Origin: Abditibacteriaceae bacterium | GTDB taxonomy: Bacteria > Armatimonadota > Abditibacteriia > Abditibacteriales > Abditibacteriaceae | Length of the DNA: 64,000 bases | NCBI GenBank assembly: GCA_965277285.1 | Contig: OZ255721.1 | Location: forward strand, 1,088,001-1,152,000 | Reading direction: 5' to 3' | In this document: piece after piece, positions 10,251 through 20,181 of the stretch | How the letters are laid out: every line of letters starts with the position of its first letter | Numbering within the stretch: position 1 is the stretch's first letter | Translations under genes and position numbers: made by a program | Notes under the pieces: model-generated | Database searches by the model: none | What the model saw: only the letters and a program-made list of their open reading frames with translations | What the model was told of the DNA's origin: nothing

Positions 10251-11429
10251 TTAGCCACCAATCGGTTCGTTGCCACCTGCGTTCACATTGGGCTGAGTGC
10301 CACTTGGCGACACGTTTTCACCGTTGCCAGTGACGCCGTCCCACAAAATGCTTTCCGGCGCGTCTTGGGCAAAGAGCGGGTTCAGTGCGACCAGCGCGCG
10401 GTTCTGTGCCATTTGTTCAGCGTCGATACGTTCATCGAAGGTCATCAACGAACTGACACCAATGGCGCTTGTTCCTTCGAGAGCGACCATGCGGTTCGTC
10501 AGATTAGCAATCGCCGCTTGCAAGTTGGTGATGTCGGTCGGATCAATGCCTGTGCCCGTTCCTGTGCTGCCACCGCCGATAAGGGCTTTTAGCCGCGTCT
10601 GCTTCACCCATTCCGGCTGAATAATGTCTTCATCTGTCGCATCAATCGACAATACGTGCGTCGCGTCCGAAACGACTTTGCCGATACATCCCGCGCCGCC
10701 GTTGGGCTTACTGCTTCGCCAATCGAGTACTTGTGGTTCGCCGTTATTGTCAAGCGACAATACGCCCCAGACCGTAGATGACGGAGGAACGTCTAATAAA
10801 ACATCATCCGATAAAACCAAATGCTTGCCGGTCACATAATACTCGGCGCCAGCAGGAAGTGTAATTTGTAGCACGCCCGTGACAACTGAGGGCGCGCCAA
10901 TCGTCGTGTCCAAACCCGCGACACGCCCGTTACCAAAGAGCCAGCCGAATCCGCGCACATCTAAATCACGCAGATCAGTGATTGTGCCATCGGCGCCAAT
11001 TTGCGCCAATAACAACGCGCTTGCAACGGCTTCTGCATCCACGCTTTCAGCAAGGATTTGCAGCGGCGCACCACGTAGCGAATCCTGAGTATTGCCCGCT
11101 GTCGGCGTTTGCAATGCTACATAAACAAGATACGCGCCGTCACCTGTGTAAGCCGGAACCGGCGTCTCGGCGGGCAACGTCGCGGCCACCAAGTAGCCTT
11201 GCTCGTTACGAATCAGCGCCGCGCCGCGAGCAACAACGAATGTGCCGTTGCCGCTCGATAAAACCAAAAGAGACGAAGCGTCGGGACTCGCCAAGACACC
11301 CGCGCCCTGCGCTTCCAACGCAATGGGTAGTTGCGACGCCAGAATGTCAGCACGACGATCCAAGTCAAGGGCATCTGGACTGGCGCCTTGAGAGTAATTG
11401 TTAATCAGGTTGTAAGGAACTGTTGGCAT
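10251..11429 (-). CDS. Hypothetical phage-like structural protein
   Basis: 392 aa ORF with GGAG RBS in the minus-strand operon; C-terminal coiled-coil. Confidence 0.55.
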   Translation of the reverse strand: MPTVPYNLINNYSQGASPDALDLDRRADILASQLPIALEAQGAGVLASPDASSLLVLSSGNGTFVVARGAALIRNEQGYLVAATLPAETPVPAYTGDGAYLVYVALQTPTAGNTQDSLRGAPLQILAESVDAEAVASALLLAQIGADGTITDLRDLDVRGFGWLFGNGRVAGLDTTIGAPSVVTGVLQITLPAGAEYYVTGKHLVLSDDVLLDVPPSSTVWGVLSLDNNGEPQVLDWRSSKPNGGAGCIGKVVSDATHVLSIDATDEDIIQPEWVKQTRLKALIGGGSTGTGTGIDPTDITNLQAAIANLTNRMVALEGTSAIGVSSLMTFDERIDAEQMAQNRALVALNPLFAQDAPESILWDGVTGNGENVSPSGTQPNVNAGGNEPIGG

Positions 11430-11471
11430 AAATTAAAACTCCTTCGAGTACTCGATTCATCAAAACAAACG

Positions 11472-11696
11472 TCACGTCGCGTATTTGCGTCCGCTATCAA
11501 AACTGTCAATGCCGCATCGCAAAAACGGCTCAAACTCGCCTGCTTCGTTGTAAGTGCCATTGAGTTGTGGCTCTCCAGGTGTGCCGGTGCGCGCGACGGC
11601 TTCTGCGCGGGCTTGTGCATTCTCAACAACTGACGGCACCTGCGCCAATACTTGCCTGATTGTCTCGTTTTGAACGTGCTTTTTCCGAATTAACAT
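11472..11696 (-). CDS. Hypothetical protein
   Basis: AAGGAGAGG RBS, in operon. Confidence 0.5.
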   Translation of the reverse strand: MLIRKKHVQNETIRQVLAQVPSVVENAQARAEAVARTGTPGEPQLNGTYNEAGEFEPFLRCGIDSFDSGRKYAT

Positions 11697-11708
11697 TTTG
11701 CCTCTCCT

Positions 11709-14225
11709 TTAGAAACCACTACCGGACAGTTCGCGCGCTATGATCGTCGTCTCCAAATGTTTCAAGGCATCTTCGCCCGAAAAATCCCAGTTATGATCAA
11801 CTTGCTTCACGCGCAATACAACGCCATCTAAACCGATAGTTTGATCACTTTTTGCGCGTTGCAGCTTGGGACTAATTTTCTTCCCCCAGTGAATTTTTGT
11901 ATTGCCACGCGGGAGCGTTATAGTCACGTCACGCGGAATCACGCCTTCAAACTCTTGCAACAACAACGTCGCCATCGTTTGCGCAAAACTCCCATCGACT
12001 GATTCGCCGATAAAATCATGATGGACAACGCGCGTGCGCAGCCAGCCCGCTTTTTCCGGTGAATTGGGATCGTCCGGCGAAACGCGCGCGCGCCCTGAGA
12101 AAAGCGATGGCATAAAGGCCGCTAATCCGTCCGCCGCCCGCCGTCCGCGAACGATGATTTGATTCAGTGCTTTATCAGTCAAAGAGCGCGCTTCAATTTT
12201 GTTGATGATGTTATTGGCGTCGCCTGGTTCGTAGATCGCGTCCGGTAAGACTAAAACGTTTTCGCCCATCGCCGCCAAAATAAGCCTCAAGCGGCCATAG
12301 ATCAACACGTTTCCGGTTTGGGGCGCCAGCGGACTGTGCCCAAAATACCGCACAGCGTTATCGTCTTTGGCGATCTGATCTGTCCAATCACTCCAGTAAG
12401 AATCGAATGGCGGTGGATATTGAAATTGACTTTGCAAGGTCAAAGTCATCGCCTTGTAGCCAGGCAAGTCATTATCAGCGCCCATCAACGGGTAAGTGCC
12501 TTGAGGCATAAATGCCATCGGGTCGCCGTTGCCGTTAATTTTGTCGGCCACATCCGAACCCAGTTCCACTTCCGCCAGATACTTGATTGCGTTGCCACCA
12601 AACAGAGGCCCGTTATTATCCGCATAAATGGAGTCGAGAGGCCCGTATTTTTCGTCAATGAGACCCGCCGGTTCTTTGACGCGGATCATTTTGTCATGCG
12701 CGATAATTTTTAAGGTTTGCGTATTGAAAGAAGGCGTCGCCATTGCAGGATCGAGGATATAGCCATCAAAAAGCCCTTCCCAATCCTCATAAACGATGTT
12801 TTGGCCGTCGTCGCTCAGATAGGCGTCGCGTGTATCTACGCGCAAGGGCCGGAATTGTCCGGTAGCGATTTGCCAGTCAGGAACCAAGTTTTTCAAAAGT
12901 GTACGGTCAAGCTCAACTTCGACTTGTGTTGTTGGCATTAAGTCGGGCTGTCCGCCACTATATTTCAAGGTTCGGCACGCCGGTCGCAAATCAATCACAT
13001 CGCTTTCGTTGCCGCTTTTGTCGCCTTTGAACGAGATAATGACATTGGCCAAGAAGGGAGTTTCGCGCCCATTGGTTTTCAACTGGGCTGCATACTCAAC
13101 ATAACCAGCTTGGCTCGACACTTCAAAAGTTGCTTTAGCTGTCGGCGTGTAATAGCCAGCATAAGCGACCTTGGGCGCAATCGTTCCTTTGTGCCGGAAC
13201 GATGTGCGCACGCGTCGAACAAAAGAACCAGAGCGGTTTTTGCCGCTTGTAGTTTTGTAATCGAGTACTCCGCCGCCGACGCCGACATCAACACCTTCGC
13301 TTGTCAGAACAACACGACCAGATGGCGCGTGAATTGGGTGTGACGTGTTGCTACCTCGTGGCACACTTGAGGGCACGTCCTGTGCGAAATGGCGCGTCAC
13401 ATCGCCTATCGTTACCAACATCCGTCCATCAACGTACTCGACTTGGAAAAGCGTTGGTGTCGAAAAATCTACATCGGCGGCGTCTCCAAAAACTTGCCAG
13501 CATTCCCACTGACCATTCAACTTGCGCTCTAATTGCGGCTTATTGATCTTACGGCCATTGACAACGCGCCATGTCACCGAATACAAACCATCGCACCATT
13601 GCAACCGCACGCCAGCATCGCCATCGTGTCCGCTCCAGATACCGGCAAAATCGAGATCAAGCGCAAAACCGTGTTTTTCATCAAGGGCGTGCTCTGTGTC
13701 GATTGCGAGTACTCGATTGGGAGACGAAACACGATGTCGAACGATGTTTCGATAGGGAACACGCGCCGGAACCAATGTTTCCCAGCTTTCGCCGAGTTTC
13801 GCCCGCCACTTCCATTCTTTGAGGCCGTTGTTCACTTTGGGGTCACCTGGCAAGCGTCGGTTTATGATGACGTTGCGCAACACATAACGCGATTTGACCG
13901 CGAAGCCAGTCACGGTTTTTGTTTTTGTGTCGCTGTGCTTGATTGCGGCATCAATACCTGAGAACACACCGCCCTCGCCAGTGAAGGCGAGAAACTCCAA
14001 AGTGCTGTCAATGCTCTCGAAAGCCCTTTGACCTTGCCATTGCAACGAACTAAGCGTCGGGTTATCGCTCTCGCTTTCAGGCTCGCCGCCGCTTCCACTG
14101 TCACCACTTTGCGGCAACAAATAACCACCTAAGACATCCTGCACACAAAAACTGTCGCCATTGATGGAATCAACCCAATCGCCTTTTTGAACCAGAATGC
14201 GCACTTGAGAGCCGAGTTTTTGCAT
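11709..14225 (-). CDS. Putative phage minor tail/hub-like protein
   Basis: 838 aa; LFDGYI...IIAHDK and C-terminal LRVKQVDHNW pattern reminiscent of tail hub proteins (inference). Confidence 0.5.
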   Translation of the reverse strand: MQKLGSQVRILVQKGDWVDSINGDSFCVQDVLGGYLLPQSGDSGSGGEPESESDNPTLSSLQWQGQRAFESIDSTLEFLAFTGEGGVFSGIDAAIKHSDTKTKTVTGFAVKSRYVLRNVIINRRLPGDPKVNNGLKEWKWRAKLGESWETLVPARVPYRNIVRHRVSSPNRVLAIDTEHALDEKHGFALDLDFAGIWSGHDGDAGVRLQWCDGLYSVTWRVVNGRKINKPQLERKLNGQWECWQVFGDAADVDFSTPTLFQVEYVDGRMLVTIGDVTRHFAQDVPSSVPRGSNTSHPIHAPSGRVVLTSEGVDVGVGGGVLDYKTTSGKNRSGSFVRRVRTSFRHKGTIAPKVAYAGYYTPTAKATFEVSSQAGYVEYAAQLKTNGRETPFLANVIISFKGDKSGNESDVIDLRPACRTLKYSGGQPDLMPTTQVEVELDRTLLKNLVPDWQIATGQFRPLRVDTRDAYLSDDGQNIVYEDWEGLFDGYILDPAMATPSFNTQTLKIIAHDKMIRVKEPAGLIDEKYGPLDSIYADNNGPLFGGNAIKYLAEVELGSDVADKINGNGDPMAFMPQGTYPLMGADNDLPGYKAMTLTLQSQFQYPPPFDSYWSDWTDQIAKDDNAVRYFGHSPLAPQTGNVLIYGRLRLILAAMGENVLVLPDAIYEPGDANNIINKIEARSLTDKALNQIIVRGRRAADGLAAFMPSLFSGRARVSPDDPNSPEKAGWLRTRVVHHDFIGESVDGSFAQTMATLLLQEFEGVIPRDVTITLPRGNTKIHWGKKISPKLQRAKSDQTIGLDGVVLRVKQVDHNWDFSGEDALKHLETTIIARELSGSGF

Positions 14226-14229
14226 GAGA

Positions 14230-15549
14230 TTAAGAGAGGTTCACCGCTTGCAGCGACTTTAGCCCGTCCGTTGATTCGAGTACTCGAAAATCGTTCCCAT
14301 CACGATAAGTCAAACGCAACCGATCTGCTGCGCATTCGAGCTTTGCGATGTCTTTAGTCGGAAGATTCACGCCCGTTGCCGTACTGATACGCGCTTTGTC
14401 GGACAGAACCCAACTGGCGCCCTGGCACTTGAGGACACAACGAATTATATCATTTTGATTGAGCAATTCGGACGCGGGTTTCGCGTTATCGACTTCGGTC
14501 ACAGCGCTTTGTCCATAAATGTAAAGGAGCGAACCATCTTCATTTGAAGCGGTCGCCAAAACGATCACGTTTTGCACAATATCCATAGCATTTGCCCACG
14601 TCTGCCCATCATCGACGGACACCAAAACTTCTAACCCGCCGCTATCCAAAATCGCTATTAAAATATCATTCAATCGATGCAGGTTCGCAAAGCGCGTTCG
14701 AGTACTCGTAACTGTCGAAATGTAATCATGCGAAGTGTCGCTAATGAGCGGAATATCGGCTGCTAAATGCCGCGTGCGCGCGCATTTAAGGGTTCCGGAA
14801 TCCAGATACAAAAACCAACTTTGACCGCTGCGCGGTTCCATCAGCGACACCGTGACGCTTAAAAGCGCGGACTTGTAAGAAAAACTATAACTCGCCTGGC
14901 GGTCTAAAGTCCCGTTTTGCCAGGTGTCGTGCACGACTTCAAAGAAAGCGCCTTCGGGAACCTCGCACAAATAATTGGCGCTTTCCCAATCCGCGAAGAA
15001 TTGATAAGTGCCGACCGTTGCCGCGCCTTCTTCCTGGAAAATCGTGAAACCTTCTTCGACGGCGTATTTCTGTGCGGGCGTTTCATTCGAGACATTGATC
15101 GGCGTATCGAGAAAGCGCCACGCGCCGCTTGCGCCATAGTCGGCGAGTTGTTGCGCAGTCGCGTTGTTGATGTCGGGCACCGTCGGGCAAGGCTGAACCT
15201 GACAAACGCTTGTTTGCTGCTTTCCTGAACCACCGTCGCCCAAAGGCTGCCATGTCACCAGACCGATGCCAGTGAGCGGATCGGCCAGCGCCGTGACGCG
15301 CGCCGTCCACTCCACGCTTTGCTCGAAGAGAATCGTTCCGACTGGTTTGCCGTTCACGTTGGTAGACGCGTCGGCGCGGATGCGATACGTCCAACTGCCC
15401 TTGATGTCTTTGGTCGCGGTCTGGCTGAAGTCGCCCAGAAAAACATTGACGATAAGCGCGTGTTTGATGCGAAAAGCGGACGCGCCAACCTGGATCGGCA
15501 GCAGGCCGGAACGCACGACAGTTGCGAAATCGGTGTAATGTTCGGGCAT
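14230..15549 (-). CDS. Hypothetical phage protein with an Asp-box-like motif
   Basis: 439 aa; VSVDDGQTW. Confidence 0.5.
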   Translation of the reverse strand: MPEHYTDFATVVRSGLLPIQVGASAFRIKHALIVNVFLGDFSQTATKDIKGSWTYRIRADASTNVNGKPVGTILFEQSVEWTARVTALADPLTGIGLVTWQPLGDGGSGKQQTSVCQVQPCPTVPDINNATAQQLADYGASGAWRFLDTPINVSNETPAQKYAVEEGFTIFQEEGAATVGTYQFFADWESANYLCEVPEGAFFEVVHDTWQNGTLDRQASYSFSYKSALLSVTVSLMEPRSGQSWFLYLDSGTLKCARTRHLAADIPLISDTSHDYISTVTSTRTRFANLHRLNDILIAILDSGGLEVLVSVDDGQTWANAMDIVQNVIVLATASNEDGSLLYIYGQSAVTEVDNAKPASELLNQNDIIRCVLKCQGASWVLSDKARISTATGVNLPTKDIAKLECAADRLRLTYRDGNDFRVLESTDGLKSLQAVNLS

Positions 15550-15771
15550 GGCGAGTACTCGACCAAGTTGTTTTTATTCTACTTCAAAACAAAGTGTGAG
15601 AAGATTCGAGGTTAAGGCGAACGTTGCGCGACTTTCAGCATCAAAAGGCAACAAAAATGCAAAATATGAGTCAAAAGCGGTCAACGACAGACAATGATAG
15701 ACAAATGGCATGAAACGTGTATAATTGTTTTACAACCGGTTTAAAACGGTTTAAATCCAGCAGGAGGAATT

Positions 15772-15960
15772 ATGGCAACCGCATTCAACCTAAACGACAA
15801 TCAGGAAGTCAACGAACAAAATCAGCTTGATGACAGATGTGCTTCCCGCCAATTGTCGGATCGCGACACTCAGCAGCTTGTTGCCAGCCTCCAGTCTCCA
15901 AAAAAGCCCGGGCCTGCACTGCGCCAGGCTGCGGAGAAATTCAAGAAGCGGTACTCGTAA
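15772..15960 (+). CDS. Short DUF1778 (TacA/AtaR-like) antitoxin lacking the N-terminal RHH
   Basis: AGGAGG RBS; LSDRD..LVASLQSPKKPGPALRQA; precedes a GNAT toxin. Confidence 0.65.
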   Translation: MATAFNLNDNQEVNEQNQLDDRCASRQLSDRDTQQLVASLQSPKKPGPALRQAAEKFKKRYS

Positions 15961-15963
15961 ACA

Positions 15964-16533
15964 GTGAGTACTCTTCACTTCATCGAGTTGATTACTCGTC
16001 AACACAACGTCAAAAAATTTGACTGTGGCGACGAAGAAGGTAACGAAACATTGAATCTTTATCTGAAAAGATTCGCGGTTCGCAATTCAACTCTCGATCT
16101 CAGCAAAACCTATGTCGCTGTTAATCTGGAAAACAAGGAAGTTCAAGGCTATTACACCTTATCGACAGGTGCAGTAGCCTTGTCTGCCTTGCCTGTAACT
16201 GCGGGTATGCCGCGCATTGTACCGAGCGTGCATCTTGGACGATTGGCCACAGATAAAACAGTTCAAGGTCAAGGATTAGGGTCTGACTTACTGATTCACG
16301 CCTTTAAAAAGGCTCTGGCGGTCTCCCGTCTGGTTGGAGCACGATTCGTCGAAGTTCATGCCTTGAACCAAAGGGCGCGGAGCTTTTACCTCAAACGCGA
16401 TTTCACGCCCTTCCTGGACGATGAGTTTCATCTTTATCTCGAAATAGCGAGCACCGTGAATTGGGACTGGAATAACCTCATTCGAGTACTCGATTTGTCT
16501 TTGCGCCATTTTCGGGCATGGCGTTTGAATTGA
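15964..16533 (+). CDS. GNAT acetyltransferase toxin (TacT/AtaT-like); C-terminus possibly frameshifted
   Basis: FDCG, GYYTLS, LGRLATD..QGQGLG, FY; an alternative frame near 16454 ends RELGLE*. Confidence 0.85.
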   Translation: MSTLHFIELITRQHNVKKFDCGDEEGNETLNLYLKRFAVRNSTLDLSKTYVAVNLENKEVQGYYTLSTGAVALSALPVTAGMPRIVPSVHLGRLATDKTVQGQGLGSDLLIHAFKKALAVSRLVGARFVEVHALNQRARSFYLKRDFTPFLDDEFHLYLEIASTVNWDWNNLIRVLDLSLRHFRAWRLN

Positions 16534-16625
16534 GTACTGGGAACGATGACTTAATTTTACTTCATTACACGGCGAGTTTCGCAAAGAAAATTATTGACAT
16601 TTTATATTTTCGTGTTATTTTCCTA

Positions 16626-16797
16626 AGTACGTACGTAGTACTGTTAGTACCAGGTACCTCGTACTATTACTTACACCCAGTACTATTACTTCTTAGGTAC
16701 CTCTACTCTTCTCTGACGCGCGAACATCGAAGGAACATCGCGCGAACGTACGCACGTTGTACGCGCTACAGTCGCGCGAACATCGCGCTACAGTCGA
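16626..16797. repeat. Putative phage replication origin: GTAC cluster plus short direct repeats
   Basis: 8 GTAC in ~75 bp; CGCGCGAACATCG x2 and CGCGCTACAGTCG x2; AT-rich flank; lies at the 3' end of the rep pseudogene. Confidence 0.5.
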
Positions 16798-17170
16798 TTT
16801 TCTCTCTTCCTTTACCGTTCGCATCGTTGTAACCGAATACGTTCTTTGTCGGATTCGCGCTTGCGAATGAGCGCACCTGCCCATTCTTCCCAATCGTGAA
16901 TCTGTCGGTGTCCGTCGTAATCATCATCCACGAAACCGCAAAAGATCAGCGCTTCGATGAACCGTGCTGGATTATCGAACCAGTAGGCACCTTCGGCGAT
17001 TATTTCGTCTTCTATCGGCAAGCGACCATCTGGCGCGTTGTCGATTGCCCAGGCCCAAAGAGCGGCAACGTGGCCGACGGCCTCCATTTTTGTCAAATCA
17101 AGGCGCGTTGCGAGGCGGTAAATCTTCCGATGCGTAAATAAGGTTGATCGACTTTAATCCATGCACACAT
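16690..17170 (-). pseudogene. Phage replication initiator/replisome-organiser pseudogene
   Basis: AGGAG RBS; MCAWIKVDQ, then a frameshift to LFTHRKIYRLA...VGHVAALWAWA..IHDWEEW; further stops downstream. Confidence 0.65.
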
Positions 17171-17373
17171 GAGTTAGCTCCTTTTGTTTTACAGCGCGAA
17201 ATTCGGCGATTCTGGCGCGAATGCCGCGCTTTCGTGACGCGGGTGAGACTTTGTTCGGGAACGGGTTTTATCAGCGCGTATGGCTAACCATACAGCTTTC
17301 AGGGAGCGGAAAACAACGGAGCGCAATAGAAATTGCTGCGCTCCGTTGAAAATAATCCCGGGACTATTTTCTG

Positions 17374-18627
17374 TCAGGCCACAAGTACCTCGCTCTCGTT
17401 CTTCATGTCCTGCATCACCTGCAGCCAGACCGATTCGGGCAAAGCCGTAAAAGCCTCCATGACTGCGTTTTGCACTTCGCGCTCGGTGGCCGTACCGCCG
17501 CTATGGAGATCGACGACGGCCATAAATGCGTAGGCTTGATCGATCGTAAGCTGAAACTCGGCCTCAATCCACAAGGCAAACTGTTCTTCGCTGAGAACGC
17601 CTTGTCCCCCACGCAGAGCGCGACCCATTTCCAATCCGTTGGCGGTCACGCTACGAAGTTTTTCGCGTATTATCGAGACCTTGATGCCGCTCCAACGGAA
17701 CGCTTTCAAAGCCTCAATCGGCACACCGAACGAATCCAATTGAAACGTTAGCATCTGGAACGGCACCGGCTCTTTGGTGGTGGTTTTTTCGCCGCTGCCC
17801 TGCCAGAACACATCAACCGAATACAACTGTGGAAAGTCAGCGTCAGGACGAAGCCAGACCATCAATGGCCGCGTTGGATCGGGTTCGTCGTTTTCCTGGA
17901 TCGCCCCGTTCAGGCCGTGATATTCCGTCGTGCCATCAAACACCACTCCGGCTTCGGTCAGAACGTCAATGGGGAACTGCGCGGCAAATGCTGGTGATTC
18001 CCACGGCATCTTGATTTGATCGAGTTCAACCTCTCCGACAGTGCCGACGCGCGGTGTTTCGATGTCGCTTCGAGTACTCGATGTTTGCAAATGGCGCCCG
18101 ATGTTGGCCGTGTTCATCGTCGCCGTCGTGCCGTGTTTTGTCGTGTATTCCCGTTCGCTCACCTGTAAACGTTTACAGGTGACACGCAATTCTTCATCGT
18201 CGTTGATGACCTGATAAACGAACGGTCGGGACACTTTGGCATGGTTCGCAATGCCGGAAATGCCCATGCTTGACCACTTTTTAAGCAGTGCTGTGACCTG
18301 GGCGCGCTTGGTCTTGGGAGAACGCGGCAAACCGTGTTCGGCGTTGTCACCCGCGCCGTAAAACTCGGCATCGTCGCGGCTTCCGTTGCGCACATCGGCT
18401 TCGATTTCCCTGAGGTCTTTGCGAACGCGCGCTTCGATGCGATGGTCTCCTCCACCCATCCACAGCGTTCCATCCGCGTCACGAAACACCACAATTGGCG
18501 GCAAGTGGTCGCCACGCTCGATGGCTTCGATCAGGTTTTGAACGTGCGTTTCGTTCAGTTCGGCGCGGAACTGGGCGCCGCTGTCACGGCGAATCTGGCT
18601 GATCTTCAACGTCTGAATCTTGGACAT
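17374..18627 (-). CDS. ParB N-terminal (ParB/Srx) domain protein, phage type
   Basis: AAAGGAG RBS before MSKIQTLKISQIRRD; LPPIVVF..GDHRIEA..DNAEHGLPRS; HTH-like segment. Confidence 0.75.
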   Translation of the reverse strand: MSKIQTLKISQIRRDSGAQFRAELNETHVQNLIEAIERGDHLPPIVVFRDADGTLWMGGGDHRIEARVRKDLREIEADVRNGSRDDAEFYGAGDNAEHGLPRSPKTKRAQVTALLKKWSSMGISGIANHAKVSRPFVYQVINDDEELRVTCKRLQVSEREYTTKHGTTATMNTANIGRHLQTSSTRSDIETPRVGTVGEVELDQIKMPWESPAFAAQFPIDVLTEAGVVFDGTTEYHGLNGAIQENDEPDPTRPLMVWLRPDADFPQLYSVDVFWQGSGEKTTTKEPVPFQMLTFQLDSFGVPIEALKAFRWSGIKVSIIREKLRSVTANGLEMGRALRGGQGVLSEEQFALWIEAEFQLTIDQAYAFMAVVDLHSGGTATEREVQNAVMEAFTALPESVWLQVMQDMKNESEVLVA

Positions 18628-18719
18628 CGCTGTCTCCTTTGGGTTGCCTATCCTGTAGTCGACTACAGGATAGGCGCTGGTTTTGAGTGTTCTCACTTGT
18701 AAACGTTTACAAGTGAGAA
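18159..18719. repeat. Three perfect palindromes with TGTA-N6-TACA cores (18159-18182, 18646-18675, 18690-18719)
   Basis: tcacctgtaaacgtttacaggtga; gcctatcctgtagtcgactacaggataggc; ttctcacttgtaaacgtttacaagtgagaa. Confidence 0.9.
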
Positions 18720-18760
18720 AGCGGATTATGAATCGTTGGGGTAAAATGAGAGTATTGGAT

Positions 18761-19117
18761 TTACGGCTCTATGTCGGGAAATGGCGAATCTTTGCGTTCG
18801 CGTTTCTGCGCCTTGAGCCAGCGGAGATAGCGCCGATATTCACGGCGGCTGTTGGTTTTGACGATCTCCGAAAAACCGTCGATCAAGGGTTCGCGGTCGT
18901 AACCTTCGGGGCTATCGGGAAAGCCCAATAAATCGAGTACGAAGTGCAGCGGCTCGATGCAATCACCGCGAACCGAAACGCCTGCACTTTCCAGGCGAGT
19001 GCAGCGACGGCGCTCCGCCACTTCGGTCGCGCACAAGTCGAGCATTACCAGTTCGACACGCTTCAAGCGCGCGCGTGGCACGATCACATAATCGGGCGCG
19101 TTGACGATCTGGATCAT
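18761..19117 (-). CDS. Hypothetical phage protein
   Basis: GAGGTG RBS; ATGA overlap with the upstream ORF. Confidence 0.55.
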   Translation of the reverse strand: MIQIVNAPDYVIVPRARLKRVELVMLDLCATEVAERRRCTRLESAGVSVRGDCIEPLHFVLDLLGFPDSPEGYDREPLIDGFSEIVKTNSRREYRRYLRWLKAQKRERKDSPFPDIEP

Positions 19118-19662
19118 GCGTTCACCTCAGTTTTGTTTACGCTCGTCAAGCAACTGAATGGCTGCATCCATTTCTGCAAATAGCCCAGTTTGTCGCGGAA
19201 TTCCATCAGGGCAGCGAAAGCCAGCGGATCGTCAAAACCCGTCGCTGTAAGGCCATAATCCGTGTTGAACGCTTGAAGCAAAGCGCATTGCACGACTTCC
19301 CGCATTTCCTGGTGGCTGATCTGGGCTTCGGTTTCAAAGACAGGCAAGCCGTCGAAAGATTTGGGGCCGTCGTCGTCAACATCAAACGCGATGTCACGGC
19401 GCCGCAATTCTGCGCGAATCACTTCCGCCCATTCGGAACGCGTCGTCAAAACACGTTGCCACCGAACCGGTGCAACCTTCAACTTTTTGACTGCGGAAAA
19501 AGCACGCTCCAGACGTTCGATCCAAACCTCGCGGTCTTCAGCATCGAAACCTTCAATGAATTTTCCGATGCGCTCCGTCGTTAGGGCAACAAAATTAACC
19601 GCGTAATCTATATCAAGTCCCGGTTCTAACTGGCGATCTTGGTGCGAAGATATACTTTTCAT
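19114..19662 (-). CDS. Hypothetical phage protein
   Basis: ORF coupled to the downstream gene; likely start MKSISS. Confidence 0.5.
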   Translation of the reverse strand: MKSISSHQDRQLEPGLDIDYAVNFVALTTERIGKFIEGFDAEDREVWIERLERAFSAVKKLKVAPVRWQRVLTTRSEWAEVIRAELRRRDIAFDVDDDGPKSFDGLPVFETEAQISHQEMREVVQCALLQAFNTDYGLTATGFDDPLAFAALMEFRDKLGYLQKWMQPFSCLTSVNKTEVNA

Positions 19663-19777
19663 GGTGATTCGAGACCTCCATCTCGCTTTCATCAGGCAGG
19701 CCGGATGTTTCCGCATCCGACTTGCTAAAACGCTCGCGTCGTAGGGCTATATCCTCTGCGACGCGAGCGTGCTGCTT

Positions 19778-20053
19778 TTAGGCAGCCAGTTCCCAAACCT
19801 CCTGCACGGCTTCAATGCTGTCCATCCAGGCGCAAGGCGTGTTCTGAACCTCTTCTTCGCGCGCCCAGCCCTCGAACTTCTCAACCCACGACGACAGGGC
19901 TTTGAAGTGTTTGCCGTAGCGCGGTGCACTCACGGCTCCCGTCGCTTTATTGGTGAGCGTCATCCAATAGCCGACGTGACCGTATTTCTTCACGTTGAGC
20001 GTGTAATGCTCGCTTTCGCCTTTCCATTCCCGTTCGTTGACTTTCTGAAACAT
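19778..20053 (-). CDS. Hypothetical phage early protein
   Basis: GGGGAGG RBS; promoter TTGACT-17-TAAAGT upstream. Confidence 0.6.
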   Translation of the reverse strand: MFQKVNEREWKGESEHYTLNVKKYGHVGYWMTLTNKATGAVSAPRYGKHFKALSSWVEKFEGWAREEEVQNTPCAWMDSIEAVQEVWELAA

Positions 20054-20094
20054 TGTTTTGCCTCCCCTTTATACATTGCGCATCTCTACGCTTA

Positions 20095-20130
20095 TGTATA
20101 TACTTTAACAATTTTGTATATACAAGTCAA
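20095..20130 (-). promoter_or_regulatory. Promoter overlapped by two GTATATAC operator-like palindromes
   Basis: tgtatatact at 20095 and ttgtatatacaa at 20114-20125. Confidence 0.5.
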
Positions 20131-20181
20131 TATAAGCGAATAAAGGTTTTTTGTTTTTGCTAAAATGCAGTTACGCGGGAG

